64,000 bases of DNA from a virus, in the IMG/VR virus record IMGVR_UViG_3300044623_001092, one strand, 5' to 3'. Under the pieces are notes generated by a model. The model was not told the DNA's origin and did no database searches. It saw only the letters and a list, made by a program, of their open reading frames with translations. The position numbers and the translations under genes are program-made. Below are positions 1 to 9,700 of this stretch, one piece after another; the stretch's first letter is position 1; the number at the start of each line of letters is the position of its first letter.

Positions 1-471
1 ATGAAGAATCTGTCTTTGTTCTTGTTCTGTATCAATATTAAGTATGTCTTGTACCATTTCAGGTGACCAAGTTAATAAGATATGTTTTCTTGGCGTAAAA
101 TCAGTTGGGTCATATATGGTGGGACCTATCGCAGCACCATTCTTAACGGGTTTAATCAATCGACTTGGGTCGTACATTTCAGGTGTTAAACCTAACGATA
201 AAAGATAACATCTACCTTTAAATTCCATTAAATCAGATAACTTGATTGTATTTGCGGTATACACTCCCCCTCCAACTTTTTTAACCAACGGCATTTTTAA
301 AATCTCCAACGAATCACATTTAGCGAATTCATCACATTCTTTAATTATGTTTTTATATTTATCCAATTCTTTACCATAAAGACAAGTCTCAACAACAAAT
401 GTTTCATCATATTGATTTGGATTATCCTTTTTACCTAATAAGGCAACTTCTAAAAATTCTTTTAATTTCAT
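1..471 (-). CDS. hypothetical protein, partial (runs off window start)
   Basis: Read by hand: ATG at 471 (MKLKEFLEVALLGKKDNPNQ...) open for 157 codons to position 1; starts 1 nt after the stop of the 473..721 ORF. Confidence 0.75.
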   Translation of the reverse strand, partial: MKLKEFLEVALLGKKDNPNQYDETFVVETCLYGKELDKYKNIIKECDEFAKCDSLEILKMPLVKKVGGGVYTANTIKLSDLMEFKGRCYLLSLGLTPEMYDPSRLIKPVKNGAAIGPTIYDPTDFTPRKHILLTWSPEMVQDILNIDTEQEQRQILH

Positions 472-472
472 A

Positions 473-721
473 TTACATTACAATTCTTGGTGGATGACCT
501 AAATCATCATCCTGTTTTATTGATGGTACTACAATAGGTTGTAGACCACTATTTCTCTTATTACCTAAATGTCTAAATTTATCAATGTCAAATTCATTTT
601 CATCTTTAACTTGAGACATCTTTTCTTTAATAACATCAATATCTGACTCTTGGACAACCGTCCAACTTCTGTTAGTTAGAAATCCATCTAACCAAATATA
701 AAATTCCTTATGATTTATCAT
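473..721 (-). CDS. hypothetical protein (82 aa)
   Basis: ORF tightly coupled to neighbours (ATGA overlap with 718..945). Confidence 0.7.
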   Translation of the reverse strand: MINHKEFYIWLDGFLTNRSWTVVQESDIDVIKEKMSQVKDENEFDIDKFRHLGNKRNSGLQPIVVPSIKQDDDLGHPPRIVM

Positions 722-945
722 AACAATGTATTATCAATATCAAATAATAAGAACTCAGGATTTACATGCCCACAATCATCACAACGATATGTTGGGAAAG
801 GGACTATCGTGTCTTCATCAGTTCCTGTTAATTCACCTGACACTTTTTTAATTAGTGTTACCTCTTTGAAGTACATCCCTCCACACTCATCACAAACAAC
901 TGTTGGTTGTGATTTCAAATCAATCATTGGTTCATTTTCACTCAT
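718..945 (-). CDS. small zinc-ribbon protein
   Basis: Two CxxC pairs: CDECGG and CDDCGH. Confidence 0.75.
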   Translation of the reverse strand: MSENEPMIDLKSQPTVVCDECGGMYFKEVTLIKKVSGELTGTDEDTIVPFPTYRCDDCGHVNPEFLLFDIDNTLL

Positions 946-946
946 A

Positions 947-1216
947 CTATTCTACGTTAATTGATGAATCTTCATCATTTATTTTGTCTCTTTCAATATC
1001 TCTATCCCATAATTGTTCACTTAAAGTATCAAAATCATCATTAGTCGCTTTCATTTCATCAGCGTTATTCTCAACGTAATCCTTAATCTCTTTGTAAGTT
1101 TTACCATCTAATTCAGGATAATCCCCAATATTTAATTCAATAAATTCACGTCTAATCCAAGTAACATATGACTCAGTAACGTACACTTTAATCGTTTCTA
1201 ATTTTTCTTCACTCAT
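947..1216 (-). CDS. hypothetical acidic protein (89 aa)
   Basis: ORF in operon with 1-nt spacing to the next gene. Confidence 0.7.
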   Translation of the reverse strand: MSEEKLETIKVYVTESYVTWIRREFIELNIGDYPELDGKTYKEIKDYVENNADEMKATNDDFDTLSEQLWDRDIERDKINDEDSSINVE

Positions 1217-1308
1217 TTTATTACGTAATTTATATTTATTTTTCCAAGTCCATAGTTATCCCAAGTGGTATTATAATACCATATTGGTTCAATAGTTGTT
1301 TCATTCAT
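1213..1308 (-). CDS. small hypothetical protein (31 aa, MNETTIEPIWYYNTTWDNYGLGKININYVIK)
   Basis: Not in the ORF track; fills the gap exactly and its TGA overlaps the next ATG (ATGA at 1216-1213). Confidence 0.5.
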   Translation of the reverse strand: MNETTIEPIWYYNTTWDNYGLGKININYVIK

Positions 1309-1316
1309 AATATAAT

Positions 1317-2183
1317 TTATTTTGTTTTATTAGTCAAATATTTTGACATATCCATATTTAAAATTGTGCTTTGAACGTCTTTAGGTACTCTAAATTCTTC
1401 AAATTCCCCCTCATCACTCAGGTGAACTACGATACAACCATATATCTTAATATTTTCGTATTTAGACCCTTTTAACATATCTAACAATAATTTACCATAA
1501 AATGGTAATTGTGTAAAGTAGTGACCCAACGCAGTATCGTCCAAATGCTGAAATGGTGGTTTCATTTTTTTAGTGAAGAAACTAGCTTCAAAATTTTTCT
1601 TCTTATTAGTTTTCCAATCAGTAACAACAATACCTACCTCAGTCTTTTCCTTATTAAAGAATAACCATTTTTTATCGGGTTGACCAACATATTCCAACTC
1701 ATTACTACCTAAAACAATCTCAGTATCCAATAGAACACCTTCTCTTTCTTTCATCAACTCCAAATACCTCACACCCGCAGATATCATCGAGTCACCTTTC
1801 AAAACTTGTGTGAAATCCACCTCAAATATTGGTTCTCGAACTTCTTTGTTTAAATTAAACATTTCAACCGATTTCTTCTCAAGTAAGAAGTGAACTCTTG
1901 ACCCCATGTTGGTTGAATACGTACCAGCATCACCCCACTCTTTCAATAATCTATCTTTTTCTTCGGGGTCACCTTTAGATTTTTTCTCAGCAATTCCGTC
2001 AGTATCAAACTCAGTATAAAAAAGTTTCATCACTTTAGAAACTGAAGGCCAGTCAGTACGTGAATTACCTTCCTTATCAAGCATGGTATATGTGTGAGTA
2101 TCTTCCACGAAAGACATTCCTAATTCTTCTTGTTTTTTTTGAATTATTTCATTAATCTCATCTCTTATTTTATATAAATCCAT
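1317..2183 (-). CDS. PD-(D/E)XK family exonuclease (RecB/Cas4-like phage exonuclease)
   Basis: Motifs GSRVH, E-IVL, GQPD, TDWKT, YFTQLPFY. Confidence 0.8.
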   Translation of the reverse strand: MDLYKIRDEINEIIQKKQEELGMSFVEDTHTYTMLDKEGNSRTDWPSVSKVMKLFYTEFDTDGIAEKKSKGDPEEKDRLLKEWGDAGTYSTNMGSRVHFLLEKKSVEMFNLNKEVREPIFEVDFTQVLKGDSMISAGVRYLELMKEREGVLLDTEIVLGSNELEYVGQPDKKWLFFNKEKTEVGIVVTDWKTNKKKNFEASFFTKKMKPPFQHLDDTALGHYFTQLPFYGKLLLDMLKGSKYENIKIYGCIVVHLSDEGEFEEFRVPKDVQSTILNMDMSKYLTNKTK

Positions 2184-2184
2184 A

Positions 2185-3084
2185 TTATCTCATTTCATAA
2201 TAGTAATCGTTTATGTCCCCTCTCAAATCCGCAACATCAGAATCACCTGTGATTTTTATAATCTTAACTCTACCATACAAACCACCACCATTTAGATTAT
2301 GGAATAATTTAACTGAGTCACCCCAAGCATCACTGTCCAAACAAATAGTAATATTACCTGTTGCTTTATCATATAAAGTTTCAAATAACAAATCTGACAT
2401 ATGTTTACCTAACATAGGGATACTATTAGGTAAAAACACAGAGTCAAACGCCCCTTCAACTAAAAATATATCTTTATCCCAATCAATTAGATTTTCATTG
2501 AAGATGATTTTATCTTTTTCAGCTTCAGGATTCTTGTACTTAGCTTTAGTATGGGGGTCCCAACTCCTTGCGATGTAATAATTCAACTCACCATTTTTAT
2601 CATAAGACGGTATAACAATCCTACCAAAGTGGTTACCTTTATCACAAAACCCTATACCATATTTTTCAATAATATCATCAGTGATACCCCTATTTTTAAG
2701 ATAGGAATACGCTTGTTGATACACGGGGTATCTAGGGTTTGAGTCCCTGAATAATGTGAAATTATCAGGTAATCTTAATTTGGGTAATTTCTTTTCTCTT
2801 GGTTTATTTTCTTCGGGTTGTAAGATATTGTAAACTTTTTTCTGTTTTTTATTCCCATATTTGTCAAATAATTTACCCAAAGGTCCGTGAGTTCCGTTCT
2901 CATCACTACACGACCAACACTTATAAACGTGAGAAAAATAGTTAACCTCAAGGTTACCTTTATGTCTATCTTCATCACATTCAGGACAGTCAAAGGAGAT
3001 TTGTCCCCTATGTTCATAGTGGAGTTTCTCGTCACCCAGGACTTCCCTCAATAATTCAACCAATATTTCTTTATCATCCGACAT
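2185..3084 (-). CDS. dnaG: DNA primase (Zn finger + TOPRIM), DnaG/gp61-like
   Basis: CPEC...CWSC Zn-binding domain, YLKNRGI, GRIVIP, VEGAFD and DSD TOPRIM motifs; start placed at ATG 3084 (track start 3093). Confidence 0.9.
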   Translation of the reverse strand: MSDDKEILVELLREVLGDEKLHYEHRGQISFDCPECDEDRHKGNLEVNYFSHVYKCWSCSDENGTHGPLGKLFDKYGNKKQKKVYNILQPEENKPREKKLPKLRLPDNFTLFRDSNPRYPVYQQAYSYLKNRGITDDIIEKYGIGFCDKGNHFGRIVIPSYDKNGELNYYIARSWDPHTKAKYKNPEAEKDKIIFNENLIDWDKDIFLVEGAFDSVFLPNSIPMLGKHMSDLLFETLYDKATGNITICLDSDAWGDSVKLFHNLNGGGLYGRVKIIKITGDSDVADLRGDINDYYYEMR

Positions 3085-3090
3085 CACATA

Positions 3091-3121
3091 CAAAAATAAG
3101 CCAAAACTTTATATTAATCAA
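3091..3121 (-). promoter_or_regulatory. putative Bacteroidota-type housekeeping promoter for the primase operon
   Basis: Minus strand TTG-N20-TATTTTTG matches the TTG/-33 and TAnnTTTG/-7 consensus. Confidence 0.4.
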
Positions 3122-3147
3122 CCTTCACAAGTTTTTATCAACCTTTA

Positions 3148-3159
3148 TATTTATAAATA
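3148..3159 (+). promoter_or_regulatory. putative late promoter motif TATTTATA (palindromic TATTTATAAATA)
   Basis: Same motif recurs upstream of many structural genes. Confidence 0.55.
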
Positions 3160-3169
3160 AAGAAAATAA

Positions 3170-3394
3170 ATGCCAACGGAAATAATCATAACTTCAGTTT
3201 CAGGTGCCACACCCTTTAATGTTTATATATGTGATGACCCAATTATAACATGTGTATATGTTGATACTATAACAGTTGCCAATATACCATACTCGTTTAA
3301 TGTCCCATCAATATTGGATGGTCAAACGTCGTACAATTTGAAAGTGGTGGATAATAATGGTTGCTCCGTTGAGGAAAATTTAACATTATTATGA
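3170..3394 (+). CDS. small putative virion protein, paralogue of the N-terminal domain of the 2644-aa protein
   Basis: I-I-x-x-G-x-x-P-(F/Y)-x-(V/I)-Y-(I/V)-C-D...C-V...S-F-x-x-P-S-x-x-D...K-x-x-x-x-x-G-C pattern shared with the 6788 ORF. Confidence 0.75.
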   Translation: MPTEIIITSVSGATPFNVYICDDPIITCVYVDTITVANIPYSFNVPSILDGQTSYNLKVVDNNGCSVEENLTLL

Positions 3395-4515
3395 GTTGTT
3401 CTACTGAATATTGTATTAGTAATACTAACCACCCTGAATACGATGATAATTTCACATCAAACGGTGATTATGATGGTTATCCTAGTTGGTCTGGGTTAAC
3501 TAATGGATATTATATATATTTTAATACTACAGGAACACAATGGTGTTTATCCTCATCATTAGGTGGGGCTTGTTTATTATCAGGTAAATCACCGTGTACA
3601 TCAGAGTGTCCCGACTTAAACGGTGCGTATTTTGGTTCTGGTATGTGTTTAACACCTACCCCAACCCCAACGAATAATTGTGATATTTTAAATTTCGAAT
3701 CGTTTTTTGATTGTGAGGTTATACCAACTCCAACACCTACCCCAACTCCGACACAAACCCCTACAATGACTCCAACACCAAGTTCAACAAACTATTGTTC
3801 AATTGTGGAAGTTGTTGCAACAATCAATTCATATTCACCAACACCAACTCCAACACCAACAATTACACCGTCATCTTCAGGGATTATTGAAAGACCTTGT
3901 CATTTTTATGGTGACGCTACTTTCAATACGGTAAACGATATGATTAATTGTCCTATCAGTAAACAATTTCAAGATTGTTATAACGGGACAATGTATTACA
4001 CAACAAATAACGTAACTAACCCATCAGGGGGTGAAATTACTCAATATATGGTCTTTAACTCATTAGTCGATGGGTTAACTAAATGTATATCTTATGTTGG
4101 TACAACGAATCAAATTAGTGGGGTAAATAACATAATTTTAAGTTCAGGTCCTTATGGTTACTCTAACTTAGGAGGTTGTAATTCATGTATACCAACGCCA
4201 ACGCCAACACCTACATCAACAATGACACCAACACCAACACCTTCAATAACACCAACACCTTCAATAACACCAACACAAACTAAAACACCTACCCCAACCC
4301 AAACACCAACAACAACCCAAACACCAACAACAACCCAAACACCAACAACAACACCAACAACAACACCAACCCCAACCCAAACACCAACAACAACCCAAAC
4401 ACCAACAACAACACCAACCCAAACACCAACAACAACCCAAACACCAACCCCAACAACTACCCCAATAGTTCCAATACTTTGTGGTATATCGGGTTACACA
4501 TATGATATTTCATAA
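3391..4515 (+). CDS. Cys-rich, Thr/Pro-repeat (mucin-like) putative virion/fibre protein
   Basis: 374 aa with several (TP)n tracts, a C-terminal TPTTTQ array and Cys-rich globular segments. Confidence 0.75.
   Translation: MSCSTEYCISNTNHPEYDDNFTSNGDYDGYPSWSGLTNGYYIYFNTTGTQWCLSSSLGGACLLSGKSPCTSECPDLNGAYFGSGMCLTPTPTPTNNCDILNFESFFDCEVIPTPTPTPTPTQTPTMTPTPSSTNYCSIVEVVATINSYSPTPTPTPTITPSSSGIIERPCHFYGDATFNTVNDMINCPISKQFQDCYNGTMYYTTNNVTNPSGGEITQYMVFNSLVDGLTKCISYVGTTNQISGVNNIILSSGPYGYSNLGGCNSCIPTPTPTPTSTMTPTPTPSITPTPSITPTQTKTPTPTQTPTTTQTPTTTQTPTTTPTTTPTPTQTPTTTQTPTTTPTQTPTTTQTPTPTTTPIVPILCGISGYTYDIS
4302..4452 (+). repeat. 18-bp tandem repeat (acaccaacaacaacccaa) encoding TPTTTQ
   Basis: Near-exact tandem copies with indel variants visible in the sequence. 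Confidence 0.8.
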
Positions 4516-4537
4516 ACATGAAAAAAATTAATTAAAT

Positions 4538-6736
4538 ATGTCATTTTCAGCATCAACTTGTTTAACTAACACAGGAACAACAACATTAAGTTCTACGTTA
4601 ACAATATACAGTAATCCAATTTCACCAACAAGTCCAGGTACTTATGTAACTACTGTACCAACGACAGATATAACAGGAGGCAACTGTCCTTATACTTTTG
4701 AAGTTCCTGATGGTACGACAATAATAAGATTATCAGACCCAATTAGTGGTTGTTATTGTGATATACCTGTTAGCGATAATAATATGTGTACAACTTGTGA
4801 TTTGAATTTCAATACTTTTACATCCCCATCAGTTGGTAATATTGTTGCTGGTGATATCACAGGAACTTGTGACGCAAGTGTGTCTAACTACTTAATTTAT
4901 TGGTACGATGTAACAGACCCATTAACACCTATTTTCAAATTCAGTTCAGGTAAAGGGTCAATGTTTACACCATACGATAATATACACCCATTAACGGGTA
5001 CATCATCAGTTTTAGCAACATCAGGAACTTATGATGCAATATTGGAAAAAATAGAACTTAATGGTGTTGTTTTTTCAAGAACAGGTGGAACGGGGACTGT
5101 TTTGGCTGATTTAGATTGTTTACCATCAATAATTAACGGTGACCCTTTTGTAATATCAGCATTAAATTGTAGTAATGGTGGTGATAGTTCTAATTTACCA
5201 CAATATGAACATAGATTCGCATATTCAGCAACTACAGGTGGTAATTTACCTACACCATTAAGCACTACATTTGAATTATCCGCAGGTACCAAATACTTCC
5301 CATGGAAATTTCAAGGAAATTCAGTACCCGATAAAATCAAATTAACATTGGTTGCTAACGCTTATGGTGACGTACCAATAATTGTAGATTATTGGGATGT
5401 TGGTGATTTACCAAGTAATAATTCAACTCCAACAATATTTCCTAAATCAGCGGACACTACAAGTTTTTTCAGTAAGATAACCGTTTTAAGTGCGTTTACA
5501 ATAAGTAATGGTGATAATATACTAATTGAGGTGACACCATCAACCGCAAATACACAAACAAGTTGGACATTTTATTGTGGATGTTTAGACGAAATTAATT
5601 GTTTTGATTGTACACCAAGTACAGGTATGACAAGTGGTGGTACAATTAGTTATCAATTCCCTATAAGCGCAACAACATTTACCGCATATACAGGAAGTTG
5701 TAACGCAATTACTATTCAATATAAGGTTTATCAAGATTGTAGTTATTCTAATTGGACCGCTAGTACCGAGTACCAATATATGAATGGTAATGGTATTGAA
5801 CCAAATAATTTAGTTAATAAGTCAGGAACTCTGTATGTTAACTCAGTATCCTGTGGTGTCGCATCAAGCCCGACTTCCTCTCAATCATGTTTAAATTACG
5901 GAGCACCAACCGATATAACATATGAAAAAATACCTGGTTTATTCACCATAACATCCAATAATTCAACAGTTATTAGTGACCATTATAATAGATATATAAC
6001 TGCACTCGTCCCGTATATATCAACATTTTCAGGTGATAATACTAATGTTGGGTATTATAGGCACTTTTACGTAGAATGGCCAACATCAACGGGAATCACT
6101 CCTTGTGGTGATGGTACCACATCAAAAACCCTTCGTATTCATCAATCATCAATTGTAAGTACAGGTATGACAGGTAGTGATTACTACATATCATTCACTC
6201 TACCAACTGTCACAAACGGAATAACATTTACAAGTTGTGATTTAAATTGTAACAACAATGTGAATCAAATGGTAGTAAATATTAACACATCTTCAACAGG
6301 AAGTACTGAAAATTATACAGGAACAACCAATGTTGGTTCTTCATACCAATATGTGTTTTATAACGTTTTTTATTTAACTAGTGGTTCTACGAGTTCAGAT
6401 ACACTCACTGTTGGTTCATTATTGACTTTAGAAAATACTCATAATAACACATATCCCGCATCAGGTGAAACACCAACATTAATACCATCACTTTCGGGTG
6501 TCACATGCCCTAACATATTAAATAATATGAGTATAAGTTCTCCAATTCGTTATATTAAATACACATCCTATTATACTTGTAAGTTAATCAATCCAACAAA
6601 TCCATTGTCAACTGATATTAATATTTTTTCAAATTACATACCTATGAATGGTAATCCCAATCCCACTATACAAACCTTAATTGCTCAATATATTGGTGGT
6701 GTACTGAATATAATTGATTCTGATTATTTCGTGTAA
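4538..6736 (+). CDS. Ser/Thr/Gly/Cys-rich beta-structured putative virion protein (732 aa)
   Basis: Long ORF in the plus-strand island with composition typical of fibre/appendage proteins; no family recognised. Confidence 0.7.
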   Translation: MSFSASTCLTNTGTTTLSSTLTIYSNPISPTSPGTYVTTVPTTDITGGNCPYTFEVPDGTTIIRLSDPISGCYCDIPVSDNNMCTTCDLNFNTFTSPSVGNIVAGDITGTCDASVSNYLIYWYDVTDPLTPIFKFSSGKGSMFTPYDNIHPLTGTSSVLATSGTYDAILEKIELNGVVFSRTGGTGTVLADLDCLPSIINGDPFVISALNCSNGGDSSNLPQYEHRFAYSATTGGNLPTPLSTTFELSAGTKYFPWKFQGNSVPDKIKLTLVANAYGDVPIIVDYWDVGDLPSNNSTPTIFPKSADTTSFFSKITVLSAFTISNGDNILIEVTPSTANTQTSWTFYCGCLDEINCFDCTPSTGMTSGGTISYQFPISATTFTAYTGSCNAITIQYKVYQDCSYSNWTASTEYQYMNGNGIEPNNLVNKSGTLYVNSVSCGVASSPTSSQSCLNYGAPTDITYEKIPGLFTITSNNSTVISDHYNRYITALVPYISTFSGDNTNVGYYRHFYVEWPTSTGITPCGDGTTSKTLRIHQSSIVSTGMTGSDYYISFTLPTVTNGITFTSCDLNCNNNVNQMVVNINTSSTGSTENYTGTTNVGSSYQYVFYNVFYLTSGSTSSDTLTVGSLLTLENTHNNTYPASGETPTLIPSLSGVTCPNILNNMSISSPIRYIKYTSYYTCKLINPTNPLSTDINIFSNYIPMNGNPNPTIQTLIAQYIGGVLNIIDSDYFV

Positions 6737-6787
6737 AAAAGTTCACTATAGGTTTAAATAATTTAAAAATCAACTATTTATTATTGA

Positions 6788-9700
6788 ATGACATCTATTG
6801 AGATTGCTAACATAACAGGGTTATCATATCCCTATCAAATATACGTTTGCGACGTGTTTGGCAATCAGTGCGTACTGATTGCTACGATAAATACGTCAGT
6901 ACCTCCAAGTACTAGTTTCATATTACCAAGTCAATTTGATAATGCGCCAGCCGTCGGAGTTAAAATAATGACAAGTGATGGTTGTGAACGATTTGAAATT
7001 GTTTACTGTAACGTATTGGTTGCAACTCCTACACCTACTCCTACACCAACACCTACACCAACTCCAACACCTACCGTAACTAAAACCCCAACTCAAACAC
7101 CAACAAATACCGTAACACCAACTAACACTTCAACACAAACACCAACGAATGCTATAACACAAACACCAACGAATACTTCAACTCAAACACCTACTAATAC
7201 CGTAACTAATACACCAACTAATACGGAAACTCCAACTAACACACCAACACCCACAGTAACTAATACTGTAACTCAAACACCTACTAATACCGTAACTGAA
7301 ACACCTACTAATACTCCAACAAGTACTGTAACTGAAACGCCCACTAATACTCCTACTAGTACTGTAACTGAAACACCAACTAATACTCCAACGCCAACTA
7401 ATACTGAAACACCGACTAATACACCTACTAATACGGTAACAGAAACTCCTACGAATACCCCGACTAATACTACAACCCCAACATCAACAGTTACTGAAAC
7501 ACCGACTAACACACCAACCAATACCCCAACCAACACTATAACACCAACTGTTACTGAAACGCCAACTAACACTCCGACTAATACTATAACACCGACCGAA
7601 ACACCAACTAACACACCAACTAACACGTCAACAATAACACCATTTAACCCAACTAGTACACCAACATCTACTGTAACTGAAACTCCAACTCAAACACCTA
7701 CTCCTACTGTAACTGAAACACCAACAAATACTCCAACATCAACGGTAACCGAAACACCAACAAATACTCCAACATCAACTGTAACTGAAACTCCTACTAA
7801 CACTCCAACTAACACTCCAACTCCAACCAACACAGAAACCCCTACTAATACGCCAACCTCAACTGTTACCGAAACACCAACACAAACACCTACTAATACT
7901 CAAACCCCAACTAACACAGTTACTCAAACTCCAACAAACACTGTAACACCAACTAACACTTCAACACAGACTCCGACTAACACGCCTACGAATACTCCAA
8001 CGAACACCGTAACTAATACCGTTACTCCAACAAAAACTTCTACGAATACACCAACGAATACCCCAACAAATACGCCTACGAATACTGTTACACCGACAAA
8101 TACTTCTACTCAAACACCAACCAATACATCTACTAACACACCAACGAATACTGTTACACCAACGAATACTTCAACTCAAACTCCGACTAATACTCCCACT
8201 AACACATCTACGAATACACCAACACAAACACCAACGAACACAGTAACTAATACCGTTACTCCGACTAACACGTCGACAAATACTCCAACTAATACACCAA
8301 CAAATACTGTAACTCCAACCAATACTTCTACTAATACGCCTACGAATACTCCAACTAATACAGTGACTAATACTGTAACACCAACAAGGACTTCAACTAA
8401 CACACCTACGAATACTCCAACCAATACTGTAACGTCAACTATTACCCCAACTAATACTTCAACCAACACACCTACAAATACACCTACAAATACGGTTACT
8501 CCAACTAATACTTCAACCAATACTCCGACTAACACACCTACGAATACATCAACAAATACTCCTACAAATACTGTTACTCCAACTAACACACCTACGAATA
8601 CACCTACAAATACTGTTACTCCAACAAGGACTTCAACCAACACACCTACTAATACACCAACAAATACTATAACACCTACTAACACTTCAACTAACACACC
8701 TACAAATACTCCAACGAACACTGTTACACCAACAAGAACTTCAACAAATACTCCAACTAATACACCTACTAACACTGTAACACCAACAAGAACTTCAACA
8801 AATACTCCAACTAATACACCTACTAACACTGTAACACCAACAAGGACCTCTACCAATACCCCTACAAACACTCCAACGAACACTGTTACACCAACTAATA
8901 CTTCAACCAACACACCTACAAACACTCCAACGAACACTGTTACACCAACTAATACTTCAACCAACACACCCACAAACACTCCAACGAACACTGTTACACC
9001 AACTAATACTTCAACCAACACACCTACAAACACATCAACACAAACTCCGACTAACACACCAACAAATACTGTAACACCAACTAACACACCTACTAATACT
9101 TCTACTAACACACCTACAAATACACCAACTAACACACCTACTAATACTCCAACACAAACACCTACTAATACTCCAACGAATACTGTTACACCAACAAGGA
9201 CTTCAACAAATACTCCGACTAATACACCTACTAACACCCCAACGAATACGGTAACACCGACCAATACTGTAACTCAAACACCGACTAATACACCTACAGG
9301 AACTCCATTGGAGACTCCAACAAACACACCAACAAGAACATCAACTAATACCCCTACAAACACTCCAACGAATACTATTACCCCAACTAATACTTCTACT
9401 AACACCCCAACTAATACACCAACAAATACTGTCACATCCACAATTACCCCAACAAATACTTCTACTAATACCCCAACAAACACTGTGACACCAACTATTA
9501 CACCGACTAACACTTCAACAAACACACCTACGAACACTGTAACACCTACAAGAACTTCAACTAATACTCCGACTAATACTTCTACTAACACCCCAACGAA
9601 TACACCTACAAATACTGTTACTCCAACAAGGACTTCAACCAACACCCCAACTAATACACCTACAAATACGGTTACTCCAACAAATACTTCAACCAACACC

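Noticed and set aside
1317-2183. Cas4-like nuclease as part of a CRISPR-Cas system
   Set aside because: No other cas genes or array, no Fe-S cysteine set; typical stand-alone phage exonuclease
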